Below, piece by piece: positions 45,294 through 57,367 of a stretch of 64,000 nucleotides of DNA. Below the pieces are notes generated by a model that worked only from the letters and a program-made list of their open reading frames with translations, was not told where the DNA came from and searched no databases. Location: NCBI RefSeq assembly GCF_055900595.2, contig NZ_CM148325.1; one strand, written 5' to 3'. Positions within the stretch are counted from its first letter, which is position 1, and each line of letters starts with the position of its first letter. Made by a program: the position numbers and the translations under genes.

Positions 45294-47324
45294 TTACTGT
45301 TGCCCCGCCCAGACGACCAGCACTTTATCGTCGTCATGCTCACGAACAAAGCCGTAGCCCTGCTTCAGCGAAAGTGTCGTTTGTTTGCCCGCGCCAATTG
45401 CGGGATGGCGGGCGCGGAACTGGCTGATTTTCTGCCAGTGCGCGACGCTGGCGGCAGATTTACCGCTAACATCCTGCCAGTTCATATCCGAACGCGTGCC
45501 TTGCAGTGGATCCGAACCGGTGGGGCCGAACGGACGCGAGGATTCATCACCATAAAAGATTTGTACTGCGCCTGGCGCTAATAACAATAACTCTGCTGCT
45601 TTGTCGCCCCCTTCACGGAACAGGCGGGTATCATGCGACGAGAGGTAGCTCAACACGTTGAAATCCTGCAATTTCTCTGCCATTTGCTGCCAGGTCGTAT
45701 CCATCTGCGCCAGACAATCGACCGCTTTCGCCGCCTGCTCCTGATAATCGAAATTGATCATCGCATCGAAGCCGTGGTGATAGTAGTCACTTTGCATCAC
45801 GCCGTGGCCCCAGGCTTCACCGATCATCCAGAAAGGTTTGTCATCTAATGCTTTGTCGGGATTCGCTTTTTTCCATTCGACAAGCGCGGCGCTGGCTTCG
45901 GTTTTCAGTTGCTGCCAGGCGGGCAACTCAACATGCTTGGCGGTATCGACCCGAAAACCATCAATTCCGTAGTCACGGACCCACTGGCTTAACCAATGGG
46001 TTAAGTAATCTCGAGGGGTAAAGCCGTCAATGGCTTTAGCGTGGGTATCCGTTTTGTTGTTATAGAACACTGGCAGGCCAGAAGCGGTCGTTGATTCGGT
46101 TTTGATATCCGGTAAAAAGGCCAGCGACATGGTGAGATCGTCAAATCCAGGATTGTCGTAGTCGCCGATATCCGTTCTGATCCAGTTTTTTCCCCACCAT
46201 TTATCCCAGCCTGTTTTGTCGCTGAAATTAATGTAATCGTTAAAGCTATGCCAGGTTTGCCCGGCGGCGGGCTTCCAGTCGCTCCAACGGTCACCTAACG
46301 TTTTTTTCACTTCGTCACCAGAAAGATATAACGCGCCAAACTGATACTCCTGCATATCCGCCAGTGTGGCATAGCCGGTGTGGTTCATCACGACATCAAA
46401 GAGAATACGAATACCGCGCTGATGCGCGCTATCAACCAGCGTCCGTAGATCGGCTTCGCTGCCCATATTGGCATCAAGATTCGTCCAGTCCTGTGTGTAA
46501 TAACCGTGGTAGGCATAATGCGGGAAATCGCCTTTTGTACCGCCGCCGACCCAGCCGTGAATTTGCTCAAATGGGGCACTTATCCATAAAGCATTGACGC
46601 CCAGCTGCTGGAGGTAATCCAGTTTGTTGGTCAGGCCGCGTAAATCGCCGCCGTGAAAAGTGCCAATTTCTGCCATATCGTCTTTATGACGTCCGTAACT
46701 CTGGTCATTACTGGGATCGCCGTTTTCGAAACGATCTGTCAGCACAAAGTAAACCGTAGCGTTATGCCAGTCGAAAGGGGCGGATGTGTCAGTTTCTGCC
46801 CGTTCCAGCAGGAGTAAACCGTTGCTGGTGGCAGCGGGTTGTAACGTTATTTGACCGTTCTTCACTATCGCAATTTGCTGGCTGTAATAATCCCGGACTG
46901 CGGCTCCCTCCGGAAAAGTGGCGCTGACATCCAGTGTGAGCGGTAATCCATCCCATTTCGGGCATTCACGGACCAGGCTTGCTACCGGTTCGACGGCGTT
47001 CTGGATGGAAATCATCAATGTTGGTGTACCGGAGCGGGTGTCTAGTTGCAGCGTATATTCGCCGTCCCTGAACAATCGCCATTGAGGTGGCGTGTTGCTA
47101 CAAGGTTGCAGGGAAAGCATCTGATTGAGTTTTATCGCATCCGCAGGCTGCCAGCACTGTTGGTCAAAATTTAGCGTTAGTGGACGCGTACCTTTGGGCA
47201 ACTGCGCGTGGCTGACAAATGTTCCCGTTCCCTGTTCGCTAAAGGCAGGGAACCCCGGAGAAGTCCAGCTGGCGGCAACGGCGAAGCCAGGAAGGAGTGT
47301 CAGAAAACAGGCGGCGAGTTTCAT
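45294..47324 (-). CDS. malS: Periplasmic alpha-amylase
   Basis: 676-aa ORF with signal peptide and GH13 motifs. Confidence 0.93.
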   Translation of the reverse strand: MKLAACFLTLLPGFAVAASWTSPGFPAFSEQGTGTFVSHAQLPKGTRPLTLNFDQQCWQPADAIKLNQMLSLQPCSNTPPQWRLFRDGEYTLQLDTRSGTPTLMISIQNAVEPVASLVRECPKWDGLPLTLDVSATFPEGAAVRDYYSQQIAIVKNGQITLQPAATSNGLLLLERAETDTSAPFDWHNATVYFVLTDRFENGDPSNDQSYGRHKDDMAEIGTFHGGDLRGLTNKLDYLQQLGVNALWISAPFEQIHGWVGGGTKGDFPHYAYHGYYTQDWTNLDANMGSEADLRTLVDSAHQRGIRILFDVVMNHTGYATLADMQEYQFGALYLSGDEVKKTLGDRWSDWKPAAGQTWHSFNDYINFSDKTGWDKWWGKNWIRTDIGDYDNPGFDDLTMSLAFLPDIKTESTTASGLPVFYNNKTDTHAKAIDGFTPRDYLTHWLSQWVRDYGIDGFRVDTAKHVELPAWQQLKTEASAALVEWKKANPDKALDDKPFWMIGEAWGHGVMQSDYYHHGFDAMINFDYQEQAAKAVDCLAQMDTTWQQMAEKLQDFNVLSYLSSHDTRLFREGGDKAAELLLLAPGAVQIFYGDESSRPFGPTGSDPLQGTRSDMNWQDVSGKSAASVAHWQKISQFRARHPAIGAGKQTTLSLKQGYGFVREHDDDKVLVVWAGQQ

Positions 47325-47385
47325 GGCGGATGAGTCCTTATTGCTGCGATTTCAGACAGTTTGCCAGCGATAAGCCAGACAAAAC

Positions 47386-47415
47386 TCATCCCTGAGCGGT
47401 AAGTCCACAGGATGA
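47386..47415. promoter_or_regulatory. Two MalT-box-like hexamers upstream of malS
   Basis: GGATGA on the minus strand at 47386..47391 (about 62 bp upstream of the malS start) and on the plus strand at 47410..47415. Confidence 0.4.
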
Positions 47416-47643
47416 GAAGCAAGGGTGAGCGATCGCGCGCAAAAAACGGCTGAATTTTGCGATAAACCCCACATTTTCTGCGATTTAGCGCCAATCTGAA
47501 TCGTTAACTCGTGACATAGTTTCAGATTTGGACTATTCCTTGGGGTGCTCTTGACAGCTATTTTTGATATGATTTGAGATTCAACTCTCAAATTTGTGAA
47601 AAATATAAGGTGTTGGAATGATTAAATCCGACCAGGAGACCTG

Positions 47644-48468
47644 ATGATTTTGACTCCCATACGACGATATGGGGCGATGATTCTTATGTTACTCACTCTG
47701 GTGTTTTCGAGTGAGGTGTTAGCGAAGACGCACACAACAACAGCGAGTCAAAAGTCCCACTTAATTAAAGCTAGTAATAAACAGGTAAGCAGTAAACAAG
47801 AGTATTCTCGCAATAGTGCAAAGAGTAGTTCACTTCCTGATTTGCGAAAATACCCTTCCGGAACACCAAGGAAAAAAGCGTTTCTCCGGACCGTAATGCC
47901 TTACATTACCAGCCAAAATGCGGCCATTACTGCGGAACGTAACTGGCTCATTTCAAAACAGTATCAGGGCCAATGGTCACCTGCTGAGCGTGCGCGTCTG
48001 AAAGACATCGCCAAACGCTACAAGGTGAAGTGGTCTGGTAATACGCGAAAAATCCCGTGGAATACCTTGCTTGAACGCGTAGACATTATCCCTACCAGTA
48101 TGGTAGCGACGATGGCTGCAGCAGAAAGCGGTTGGGGAACGTCGAAGCTGGCGCGCAACAACAACAATCTGTTCGGCATGAAATGCATGAAAGGACGTTG
48201 TACTAATGCGCCGGGTAAAGTGAAGGGGTACTCACAGTTTAGTTCTGTCAAAGAATCGGTGAGCGCCTATGTCACTAACCTGAATACTCACCCTGCTTAC
48301 TCTTCGTTCCGTAAATCGCGTGCACAACTGCGTAAAGCGGATCAGGAAGTGACTGCCACAGCGATGATTCACAAGCTGAAGGGCTACTCGACCAAAGGGA
48401 AGAGTTATAACAACTACCTGTTCGCAATGTACCAGGATAACCAACGGTTAATCGCGGCGCATATGTAA
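47644..48468 (+). CDS. bax: Bax protein, putative glucosaminidase-domain protein
   Basis: 274-aa ORF recognised as Bax. Confidence 0.85.
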   Translation: MILTPIRRYGAMILMLLTLVFSSEVLAKTHTTTASQKSHLIKASNKQVSSKQEYSRNSAKSSSLPDLRKYPSGTPRKKAFLRTVMPYITSQNAAITAERNWLISKQYQGQWSPAERARLKDIAKRYKVKWSGNTRKIPWNTLLERVDIIPTSMVATMAAAESGWGTSKLARNNNNLFGMKCMKGRCTNAPGKVKGYSQFSSVKESVSAYVTNLNTHPAYSSFRKSRAQLRKADQEVTATAMIHKLKGYSTKGKSYNNYLFAMYQDNQRLIAAHM

Positions 48469-48477
48469 TTGCATTTC

Positions 48478-48560
48478 CTCGAGCCTTATCCGACTTGTCA
48501 GTCGGATAAGGCTTTTGCTCGCATCAGGTGGTTGTGCTGAGTTACCTGATGCGACGCCGA
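48478..48560. terminator. REP-like hairpins between convergent bax and xylR
   Basis: gccttatccgac...gtcggataaggc followed by ttttgctc, and a second hairpin gcatcaggt...acctgatgc. Confidence 0.6.
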
Positions 48561-48575
48561 CAATTCTCATCATCG

Positions 48576-49754
48576 CTACAACATGACCTCGCTATTTACA
48601 TCGCGATACTCTTTTGGCGTCGTGTCATATGCTTTTTTAAAAACAGAGTAGAAATATTGCAGCGATGGATAACCGCACATTTGCGATATCTCATTGATCG
48701 ACAAGGTGGTTGAAATCAGCAGACTGCGCGCTTTCTCCAACTTCTCGGCATGAATCATGGCATGGATGGTTTCACCCACCTCTTCTTTAAAACGCTTCTC
48801 AAGATTGGAGCGCGAGATCCCGACCGCATCGAGTACCTGATCCACTTTAATCCCTTTACAGGCGTGATTACGAATGTAATGCATGGCCTGAATAACGGCG
48901 GGATCGGTCAGCGAGCGGTAATCTGTTGAGCGCCGTTCAATGACGCGAACTGGTGGGACCAAAATCCGCTGTAGCGGCATTTCTTCTTTATCTAATAATC
49001 GATGCAACAGTTTTGCCGCCTGATAGCCCATTTGCCGTGCGCCCTGAGCGACCGAAGAAAGGGCGACACGCGACAGATAGCGGGTCAGTTCTTCGTTATC
49101 GATGCCAATCACGCATAATTTTTCCGGTACGGGAATATGTAGATGTTCACATACTTGCAGAATATGCCGCGCCCGGGCGTCAGTAACGGCAATAATCCCG
49201 GTTTGCGGTGGCAGCGTTTGTAGCCAGTCTGCCAGCCGATTTTGCGCGTGTTGCCAGTTCTCTGGCGCGGTTTCTAACCCCTGATAAACCACTCCGCGAT
49301 ACTTTTCTTCGGCGACAAGCTGACGAAATGCATATTCGCGTTCAGTGGCCCAACGTTTGCCGCTTGATTCCGGAAGACCATAAAAAGCAAAGCGGTTAAC
49401 GCCTTTCTCTTTTAAATGCAAAAATGCGCTTTCAACCAGCGCATAGTTATCGGTGGCAATGTAATGAACGGGTGGGTAACTTTCGGCAAGGTGATACGAG
49501 CCACCAACCCCAACAATGGGGACGTCGACATCAGCTAGCGCTTGCTCGATTTGTTTGTCGTCGAAGTCGGCAATGACGCCATCTCCTAACCAGTCCTTGA
49601 TTTTATCAATGCGGGCGCGGAAATCTTCTTCAATGAAAATATCCCATTCCGATTGTGACGCCTGTAAATATTCCCCTACGCCTTCTACTACCTGACGGTC
49701 ATAGGCTTTATTAGCATTGAATAGTAATGTGATGCGGTGACGTTTAGTAAACAT
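48576..49754 (-). CDS. xylR: Xylose operon activator, AraC family with periplasmic-binding-protein-like sensor domain
   Basis: 392-aa ORF recognised as XylR. Confidence 0.93.
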   Translation of the reverse strand: MFTKRHRITLLFNANKAYDRQVVEGVGEYLQASQSEWDIFIEEDFRARIDKIKDWLGDGVIADFDDKQIEQALADVDVPIVGVGGSYHLAESYPPVHYIATDNYALVESAFLHLKEKGVNRFAFYGLPESSGKRWATEREYAFRQLVAEEKYRGVVYQGLETAPENWQHAQNRLADWLQTLPPQTGIIAVTDARARHILQVCEHLHIPVPEKLCVIGIDNEELTRYLSRVALSSVAQGARQMGYQAAKLLHRLLDKEEMPLQRILVPPVRVIERRSTDYRSLTDPAVIQAMHYIRNHACKGIKVDQVLDAVGISRSNLEKRFKEEVGETIHAMIHAEKLEKARSLLISTTLSINEISQMCGYPSLQYFYSVFKKAYDTTPKEYRDVNSEVML

Positions 49755-49831
49755 GGTTCTTTTCCTGCTGAATCATGCAAAAACTCAAAACCGGTAATAC
49801 GTTACCGGCTTTGAGAAAATTTTTATCAAAA

Positions 49832-51013
49832 TCAAGAACGGCGTTTGGTTGCGGAGTCCATCCATACTGCCAGCAACAGAATCGCACCTTTAACGATATA
49901 CTGCCAGAAGGTCGGTACATCCATCATACTCATGCCGTTATCCAGTGAAGCCATGATGAATGCCCCCATTACCGCTCCGGCCACGCTCCCGACGCCGCCT
50001 GCCAGACTGGTGCCGCCAATCACACATGCGGCAATTGCGTCCAGTTCGGCGATATTTCCCGCAGAAGGTGAACCAGCGCCAAGTCGAGAACTGAGGATTA
50101 ATCCGGCGATGGCTACCATTAATCCGTTAATAGCGAACACGGCAAGTTTGGTGCGTTCAACGTTAATCCCGGAGAGCCGTGCTGCTTCCAGATTGCCGCC
50201 GATGGCATAAATGCGTCTTCCAAATGCCGTCCGCGTTGCCATAAACATTCCGCCGAGTAACAGCAACGTCAGCAGCAGAACAGGAGTGGGAACGCCACGG
50301 TAATCGTTCAACAGCCAGATTGCGCCTAAGACGATAATCGCCGTTAATGCCTGGCGACCGACAACTGTGGTAGAGGCCGGAGACTGCAAACCCAAAGCCT
50401 GACGGCGCATTCTTCCGCGCCATTGCCAGCCAACAAAAGCCATTAAGCCAAGCGCGCCAATGATGAAGCCGGTGCTGGCGGGTAGATAGCTTTGCCCGAT
50501 TTGTGACATCGCGGCGCTGGTGGGGGAAACCGTCGTGCCGTTGGTGATGCCAATGAGTATGCCGCGAAATGCCAACATGCCCGCGAGGGTGACAATAAAT
50601 GAAGGGACTTTGCGGTACGCGACCCACCATCCGTTCCAGGCACCGAGAAGCAGTCCCAGAACCAACGTCACAATGATGGTAAGTGGCAAAGGCCAGCCTA
50701 GCCAGACGTCACAAATCGCCGCGACGCCACCTAATAGCCCCATCATTGAGCCGACGGAAAGGTCGATTTCAGCAGAAATTATGACGAACACCATTCCTAC
50801 CGCGAGGATGCCGGTAATCGCGGTCTGGCGTAACAGGTTGGAGACGTTACGGGCGCTTAAGTAGGCACCATCGGTGGTCCAGGTAAAGAACAGCATGATT
50901 GCGATGATAGCTGCAATCATCACGAAGACCTGCAAATTCAGTGACTTCAGCCCGGAAAAGCCACCGGATGTCGGTACGGCCAATTTCACTTCAGACGGAT
51001 TGCTTTTCGACAT
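49832..51013 (-). CDS. xylH: Xylose ABC transporter permease
   Basis: 393-aa membrane ORF. Confidence 0.93.
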   Translation of the reverse strand: MSKSNPSEVKLAVPTSGGFSGLKSLNLQVFVMIAAIIAIMLFFTWTTDGAYLSARNVSNLLRQTAITGILAVGMVFVIISAEIDLSVGSMMGLLGGVAAICDVWLGWPLPLTIIVTLVLGLLLGAWNGWWVAYRKVPSFIVTLAGMLAFRGILIGITNGTTVSPTSAAMSQIGQSYLPASTGFIIGALGLMAFVGWQWRGRMRRQALGLQSPASTTVVGRQALTAIIVLGAIWLLNDYRGVPTPVLLLTLLLLGGMFMATRTAFGRRIYAIGGNLEAARLSGINVERTKLAVFAINGLMVAIAGLILSSRLGAGSPSAGNIAELDAIAACVIGGTSLAGGVGSVAGAVMGAFIMASLDNGMSMMDVPTFWQYIVKGAILLLAVWMDSATKRRS

Positions 51014-52532
51014 GATGTTCGCTCCTCAATGCGGCTTCCATCACCTGCTCCTGAGTCAGGTTATGATTTATCAGGTTGGCTTTTAGTTTCCCTTCATGCA
51101 TCACCAGTACACGATCGCTAAGGCCGAGCACTTCAGGTAATTCGGAAGAGATGACAATAACGGCAATACCCTGCTGGACGAGTTGGTTAATTAATTTGTA
51201 GATCTCGTATTTCGCGCCAATATCGATACCCCTGGTAGGTTCATCAAGAATGAGAATGCGCGGGTTGAGTAACAGACAGCGAGCGAGGATCGCTTTTTGC
51301 TGATTGCCGCCGCTCAAACGTCCAATAGCAAGGTCGGGGGACGACGTTTTAACTTTGAGTTGCTGGATTGATTCCAGAATACATTTTTGCTCTGCCGCGT
51401 CATCAAGCTGGCTAATACCGCCGGTAAATTTATTGAGTGCGGCGAGGGTAATATTTTTACCAACCGCCATTACCGGAACGATGCCGTCGCGCTTTCTGTC
51501 TTCGGGTACCATCGCAATCCCCTGGGCGATGGCTTGCTGACAGTTACGAATATCTACCTGTTTGCCATCAATATAAATTTTTCCTTCCCATTGTCCGGGC
51601 CACACGCCAAACAGGCACTGAATGGTCTCGGTACGTCCGGCACCAACGAGTCCGGCAATACCCAGTATTTCGCCACGTTTCAGGGAAAACGAGACATCAT
51701 TAACTCGTTTAATATGACGATTAACCGGATGCCATGCCGTCAGATGTTCAATACGTAATATTTCATCTCCGGTGGTATGTGGTTCATTAGGGTAAAGCGC
51801 GGTTAACTCTCGCCCGACCATCATGGTGATAATATCGTCTTCACTCATTCCGGCAGCATCACGCGTACCAATGTGCTGACCGTCGCGAATAACGCAAATC
51901 GTATCGGAAATCGCTTTGACTTCGTTGAGTTTGTGCGAAATATAAATACAGGCGATACCGTGCTGTTGTAGATCGCGAATAATATCCAGTAAAACCGACG
52001 TTTCCTGCTCAGTTAATGAGGCTGTCGGTTCATCGAGAATTAACAAGCGCACCTGTTTATTAAGTGCCTTAGCAATTTCAACCAGTTGTTGTTGCCCTAG
52101 CCCTAAATCGCCAACGCGGGTATCTGGTGAAATGGATAAACTGACCTGTGCGAGCAGCTTCTGACAGCGTAGCGTCATCAGATCATAGTCCATAATACCA
52201 TTGTGGGTTATTTCGTTACCCAGGAAAATATTTTCCAGTACGGTCAATTCTTTCACCAGCGCCAATTCCTGGTGAATGATGGCGATACCTTTGCGTTCGG
52301 TATCGCGGATGTGACTCGCCTGAATCTCTTCTCCCGCAAAAATAATTTCGCCTTCGTAGGAGCCATGGGGATAAATACCACACAGCACTTTCATCAGCGT
52401 TGATTTACCAGACCCATTTTCCCCACAGAGTGAGACGATTTCGCCAGCATTCAACCGCAAGCTGACGTTATCAATCGCCTTCACACTGCCGAAGGTTTTG
52501 GTAATGTTCTTCATTTCAAGTAGATAAGGCAT
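50991..52532 (-). CDS. xylG: Xylose ABC transporter ATP-binding protein (two ATPase domains)
   Basis: ORF 50991..52568; start taken at [15 protein letters not shown] (513 aa); 23-bp overlap with xylH. Confidence 0.93.
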   Translation of the reverse strand: MPYLLEMKNITKTFGSVKAIDNVSLRLNAGEIVSLCGENGSGKSTLMKVLCGIYPHGSYEGEIIFAGEEIQASHIRDTERKGIAIIHQELALVKELTVLENIFLGNEITHNGIMDYDLMTLRCQKLLAQVSLSISPDTRVGDLGLGQQQLVEIAKALNKQVRLLILDEPTASLTEQETSVLLDIIRDLQQHGIACIYISHKLNEVKAISDTICVIRDGQHIGTRDAAGMSEDDIITMMVGRELTALYPNEPHTTGDEILRIEHLTAWHPVNRHIKRVNDVSFSLKRGEILGIAGLVGAGRTETIQCLFGVWPGQWEGKIYIDGKQVDIRNCQQAIAQGIAMVPEDRKRDGIVPVMAVGKNITLAALNKFTGGISQLDDAAEQKCILESIQQLKVKTSSPDLAIGRLSGGNQQKAILARCLLLNPRILILDEPTRGIDIGAKYEIYKLINQLVQQGIAVIVISSELPEVLGLSDRVLVMHEGKLKANLINHNLTQEQVMEAALRSEHHVEKQSV

Positions 52533-52609
52533 AACGACTCCACCTAAGCCAATTAATTCACGCGGCATGGAGAGAAATCACGCCCCCGCTCCTCGCCGGG
52601 GCGTAACGC

Positions 52610-53602
52610 TTACAGCTCGCTCTCTTTGTGGAATCCGTCTTTAACTACCGTATCTTTGATGTTGTTTTTATTCACATCGATCGGTGTCAGCAGGCGGGAG
52701 GGAACATCTTTCAGACCATTATTCAGTGTGGTATCTGCTTTTGGTTCCTGACCATTGCCCAACTCAACGGCAATTTCTGCGGCAGTATTTGCCAACAATG
52801 TAATAGGTTTATACACCGTCATAGTTTGCGTACCGGCAGCAATACGTTTAATACCTGCGAGATCCGCATCCTGGCCGGATATTGCTACTTTCCCTGATAA
52901 ACCTTGCGCACTTAATGCCTGAATTGCCCCACCTGCGGTGGCATCGTTTGAGGCAACTACAGCATCAATTTTGTTATTATTGGCGGTTAGCGCGTTTTCC
53001 ATAATTTTCAATGCGTTTTCCGGTAACCAGCCATCAACCCATTGGTCACCAACGACTTTAATTTTTCCGGAATCAACGTAAGGTTTTAACACTTTCATTT
53101 GTCCGGCGCGGAACAGCTTGGCGTTGTTATCTACCGGCGAGCCGCCCATCAGGAAGTAATTACCTTGCGGAACAATATCGACCAGGGCTTTTGCCTGCAG
53201 TTCACCGACTTTTTCGTTATCGAAAGAAATATAAAAATCGATATCCGCATCGTTAATCATACGGTCGTAAGCTAATACTTTAATACCTTCTTGTTTGGCT
53301 TCTTTTACAACGTTACTTAATACCTGACCGTTATACGGAATAATGACAAGAACATCGACACCCCGGTTAATCATGTTTTCAATCTGCGACATTTGTGTTT
53401 CTTCATTGCCATTTGCAGACTGTACAAATACTTTCGCGCCGAGAGATTCTGCCTTTTTCACAAAGATATCTCGATCTTTTTGCCAGCGTTCAAGACGGAG
53501 ATCATCAATCGCCATACCTATTTTGACTTCTTTGGCGTGCGCCGCAACGTTGGTAAGCAGAAGTGAGGTGCAAAGGGTGAGTAGAATGTTCTTTATTTTC
53601 AT
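52610..53602 (-). CDS. xylF: D-xylose-binding periplasmic protein
   Basis: ORF 52610..53680; start taken at MKIKNILLTLCTSLLLTNVAAHA (330 aa). Confidence 0.93.
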   Translation of the reverse strand: MKIKNILLTLCTSLLLTNVAAHAKEVKIGMAIDDLRLERWQKDRDIFVKKAESLGAKVFVQSANGNEETQMSQIENMINRGVDVLVIIPYNGQVLSNVVKEAKQEGIKVLAYDRMINDADIDFYISFDNEKVGELQAKALVDIVPQGNYFLMGGSPVDNNAKLFRAGQMKVLKPYVDSGKIKVVGDQWVDGWLPENALKIMENALTANNNKIDAVVASNDATAGGAIQALSAQGLSGKVAISGQDADLAGIKRIAAGTQTMTVYKPITLLANTAAEIAVELGNGQEPKADTTLNNGLKDVPSRLLTPIDVNKNNIKDTVVKDGFHKESEL

Positions 53603-53967
53603 GGTGTAGGGCCTTCTGTAGTTAGAGGACAGCTTTAATAAGTAACAATCACCGCGATAAACGTAACCAATTTTTAGCAACTAAACAGGGGAAAACAATT
53701 ACAGATTTTTATCTTTCGATTACGATTTTTGGTTTATTTCTTGATTTATGACAGAGATCTTACTTTTGTTGCGCAATTGTACTTATTGCATTTTTCTCTT
53801 CGAGGAATTACCCAGTTTCATCATTCCATTTTATTTTGCGAGCGAGCGCACACTTGTGAATTATCTCAATAGCAGTGTGAAATAACATAATTGAGCAACT
53901 GAAAGGGAGTGCCCAATATTACGACATCATCCATCACCCGCGGCATTACCTGATTATGGAGTTCAAT
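53603..53967. promoter_or_regulatory. Divergent xylF / xylA control region
   Basis: 365-bp AT-rich intergenic region between divergent xylF and xylA; in K-12 this carries XylR and CRP sites; includes tgtgaattatctcaatagcagtgtgaaat. Confidence 0.6.
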
Positions 53968-55290
53968 ATGCAAGCCTATTTTGACCAGCTCGATCGCGTT
54001 CGTTATGAAGGCTCAAAATCCTCTAACCCGTTAGCATTCCATCACTATAATCCCGACGAACTGGTGTTGGGCAAGCGTATGGAAGAGCACTTGCGTTTTG
54101 CCGCCTGCTACTGGCACACCTTCTGCTGGAACGGGGCGGACATGTTTGGTGTGGGGGCGTTTAATCGTCCGTGGCAGCAGCCTGGTGAGGCACTGGCGTT
54201 GGCGAAGCGTAAAGCAGATGTCGCATTTGAGTTTTTCCACAAGTTACATGTGCCATTTTATTGCTTCCACGATGTGGATGTTTCCCCTGAGGGCGCGTCG
54301 TTAAAAGAGTACATCAATAATTTTGCGCAAATGGTTGATGTCCTGGCAGGCAAGCAAGAAGAGAGCGGCGTGAAGCTGCTGTGGGGAACCGCTAACTGCT
54401 TTACAAACCCTCGCTACGGTGCGGGTGCGGCGACGAACCCAGATCCAGAAGTCTTTAGTTGGGCGGCAACTCAAGTTGTTACGGCGATGGAAGCAACCCA
54501 TAAATTGGGCGGTGAAAACTATGTCCTGTGGGGCGGTCGTGAAGGTTACGAAACGCTGTTAAATACCGACTTGCGTCAGGAGCGTGAACAACTGGGCCGC
54601 TTTATGCAAATGGTGGTTGAGCATAAACATAAAATCGGTTTCCAGGGTACGTTGCTTATCGAACCGAAACCGCAAGAACCGACTAAACATCAATATGATT
54701 ACGATGCCGCGACGGTGTATGGCTTCCTGAAACAGTTTGGTCTGGAAAAAGAGATTAAACTGAACATTGAAGCTAACCACGCGACGCTGGCAGGTCACTC
54801 TTTCCATCATGAAATAGCCACCGCCATTGCGCTTGGCCTGTTCGGTTCTGTCGACGCCAACCGTGGCGATGCACAACTGGGCTGGGACACCGACCAGTTC
54901 CCGAACAGTGTGGAAGAGAATGCGCTGGTGATGTATGAAATTCTCAAAGCAGGCGGTTTCACCACCGGCGGTCTGAACTTCGATGCCAAAGTCCGTCGTC
55001 AAAGTACTGATAAATATGATCTGTTTTACGGTCATATCGGCGCGATGGATACGATGGCGTTGGCGCTGAAAATTGCAGCACGCATGATTGAAGATGGCGA
55101 GCTGGATAAACGCATCGCGCAGCGTTATTCCGGCTGGAATAGCGAATTAGGCCAGCAAATCCTGAAAGGCCAAATGTCACTGGCAGATTTAGCCAAATAT
55201 GCTCTGGAACATGATTTGTCTCCGGTGCATCAGAGTGGTCGCCAGGAGCAACTGGAAAATCTGGTAAACCATTATCTGTTCGACAAATAA
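53968..55290 (+). CDS. xylA: Xylose isomerase
   Basis: ORF 53956..55290; start taken at [15 protein letters not shown] (440 aa). Confidence 0.95.
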   Translation: MQAYFDQLDRVRYEGSKSSNPLAFHHYNPDELVLGKRMEEHLRFAACYWHTFCWNGADMFGVGAFNRPWQQPGEALALAKRKADVAFEFFHKLHVPFYCFHDVDVSPEGASLKEYINNFAQMVDVLAGKQEESGVKLLWGTANCFTNPRYGAGAATNPDPEVFSWAATQVVTAMEATHKLGGENYVLWGGREGYETLLNTDLRQEREQLGRFMQMVVEHKHKIGFQGTLLIEPKPQEPTKHQYDYDAATVYGFLKQFGLEKEIKLNIEANHATLAGHSFHHEIATAIALGLFGSVDANRGDAQLGWDTDQFPNSVEENALVMYEILKAGGFTTGGLNFDAKVRRQSTDKYDLFYGHIGAMDTMALALKIAARMIEDGELDKRIAQRYSGWNSELGQQILKGQMSLADLAKYALEHDLSPVHQSGRQEQLENLVNHYLFDK

Positions 55291-55361
55291 CGGCTAACTG
55301 TGCAGTCCGTTGGCCCGGTTATCGGTAGCGATACCGGGCATTTTTTTAAGGAACGATCGAT

Positions 55362-56816
55362 ATGTATATCGGGATAGATCTTGGCACCTCGGGCGTAAAA
55401 GTTATTTTGCTCAACGAGCAGGGTGAGGTGGTTGCTTCGCAAACGGAAAAGCTGACCGTTTCGCGCCCGCATCCACTCTGGTCGGAACAAGACCCGGAAC
55501 AGTGGTGGCAGGCAACTGATCGCGCAATGAAAGCTCTGGGCGATCAGCATTCTCTGCAGGACGTTAAAGCATTGGGTATTGCCGGCCAGATGCACGGTGC
55601 AACCTTACTGGATGCCCAGCAACGGGTATTACGCCCTGCCATTTTGTGGAACGACGGGCGCTGTGCGCAAGAGTGCACTTTGCTGGAAGCGCGAGTTCCG
55701 CAATCACGGGTGATTACCGGTAACCTGATGATGCCCGGATTTACTGCGCCTAAATTGCTATGGGTTCAGCGGCATGAGCCGGAGATATTCCGTCAAATCG
55801 ACAAAGTATTATTACCGAAAGATTACTTGCGTCTGCGTATGACGGGGGAGTTTGCCAGCGATATGTCTGACGCAGCTGGCACCATGTGGCTGGATGTCGC
55901 AAAGCGTGACTGGAGTGACGTCATGCTGCAGGCTTGCCACTTATCTCGTGACCAGATGCCCGCATTATACGAAGGCAGCGAAATTACTGGTGCTTTGCTA
56001 CCTGAAGTTGCGAAAGCATGGGGTATGGCGGCAGTGCCAGTTGTCGCAGGCGGTGGTGATAATGCAGCTGGTGCGGTTGGTGTAGGAATGGTTGATGCTA
56101 ATCAGGCAATGTTATCGCTGGGGACGTCGGGGGTCTATTTTGCTGTCAGCGAAGGGTTCTTAAGCAAGCCAGAAAGCGCCGTACACAGCTTTTGCCATGC
56201 GCTACCGCAGCGTTGGCATTTAATGTCTGTGATGCTGAGTGCAGCGTCGTGTCTGGATTGGGCCGCGAAATTAACGGGCCTGAACAATGTCCCAGCTTTA
56301 ATCGCGGCTGCTCAACAGGCTGATGAAAGTGCCGAGCCTGTCTGGTTTCTGCCTTATCTTTCCGGCGAGCGTACACCACACAATAATCCCCAGGCGAAGG
56401 GGGTTTTCTTTGGTTTGACTCATCAACATGGCCCCAATGAACTGGCGCGAGCAGTGCTGGAAGGCGTGGGTTATGCGCTGGCAGATGGCATGGATGTCGT
56501 GCATGCCTGCGGCATTAAACCGCAAAGTGTTACGTTGATTGGTGGCGGGGCGCGTAGTGAGTACTGGCGTCAGATGCTGGCGGATATCAGCGGTCAGCAA
56601 CTCGATTACCGCACGGGGGGGGATGTGGGGCCAGCACTGGGCGCAGCAAGGCTGGCGCAGATTGCGGCGAATCCAGAGAAATCGCTCATTGAGTTGTTGC
56701 CACAACTGCCGTTAGAACAGTCGCATTTACCAGATGCGCAGCGTTATGCCACTTATCAGCCACGACGTGAAACGTTCCGTCGCCTCTATCAGCAACTTCT
56801 GCCATTAATGGCGTAA
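55362..56816 (+). CDS. xylB: Xylulokinase
   Basis: 484-aa FGGY-kinase ORF. Confidence 0.95.
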   Translation: MYIGIDLGTSGVKVILLNEQGEVVASQTEKLTVSRPHPLWSEQDPEQWWQATDRAMKALGDQHSLQDVKALGIAGQMHGATLLDAQQRVLRPAILWNDGRCAQECTLLEARVPQSRVITGNLMMPGFTAPKLLWVQRHEPEIFRQIDKVLLPKDYLRLRMTGEFASDMSDAAGTMWLDVAKRDWSDVMLQACHLSRDQMPALYEGSEITGALLPEVAKAWGMAAVPVVAGGGDNAAGAVGVGMVDANQAMLSLGTSGVYFAVSEGFLSKPESAVHSFCHALPQRWHLMSVMLSAASCLDWAAKLTGLNNVPALIAAAQQADESAEPVWFLPYLSGERTPHNNPQAKGVFFGLTHQHGPNELARAVLEGVGYALADGMDVVHACGIKPQSVTLIGGGARSEYWRQMLADISGQQLDYRTGGDVGPALGAARLAQIAANPEKSLIELLPQLPLEQSHLPDAQRYATYQPRRETFRRLYQQLLPLMA

Positions 56817-56941
56817 ACGTTATCCCCTGCCTGACCGGGTGGGGGATAATTCACATCTATATATATCAGTAATTAATTAATATTTAGTATGAATTTATTC
56901 TGAAATCATTTGTTAATGGCATTTTTCAGTTTTGTCTTTCG

Positions 56942-57325
56942 TTGGTTACTCGTAATGTATCGCTGGTAGATATGGAGATCGTTATGAAAACCTCAAAGAC
57001 TGTGGCAAAACTATTATTTGTTGTCGGGGCGCTGGTTTATCTGCTTGGGCTATGGATCTCATGCCCATTGTTAAGTGGAAAAGGCTATTTTCTTGGCGTG
57101 TTAATGACGGCAACTTTTGGCAACTATGCATATCTTCGTGCTGAAAAACTCGGGCAACTGGATGATTTTTTTATCCATGTCTGCCAGTTGGTAGCGTTAA
57201 TCACAATCGGTCTCTTGTTTATCGGTGTTTTAAATGCACCTATCAATGCTTATGAAATGGTGATTTATCCCATCGCCTTTTTTGTTTGCTTGTTTGGTCA
57301 AATGCGTTTGTTTCGCTCGGCATGA
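56942..57325 (+). CDS. yiaA: Inner-membrane protein YiaA
   Basis: Hydrophobic ORF with the YiaA/YiaB-type LGLW...KGY repeat; start codon uncertain. Confidence 0.7.
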   Translation: MVTRNVSLVDMEIVMKTSKTVAKLLFVVGALVYLLGLWISCPLLSGKGYFLGVLMTATFGNYAYLRAEKLGQLDDFFIHVCQLVALITIGLLFIGVLNAPINAYEMVIYPIAFFVCLFGQMRLFRSA

Positions 57326-57367
57326 GCAACATAAAGCTCTTACACATTCAGGAATGAAAGGAATACT

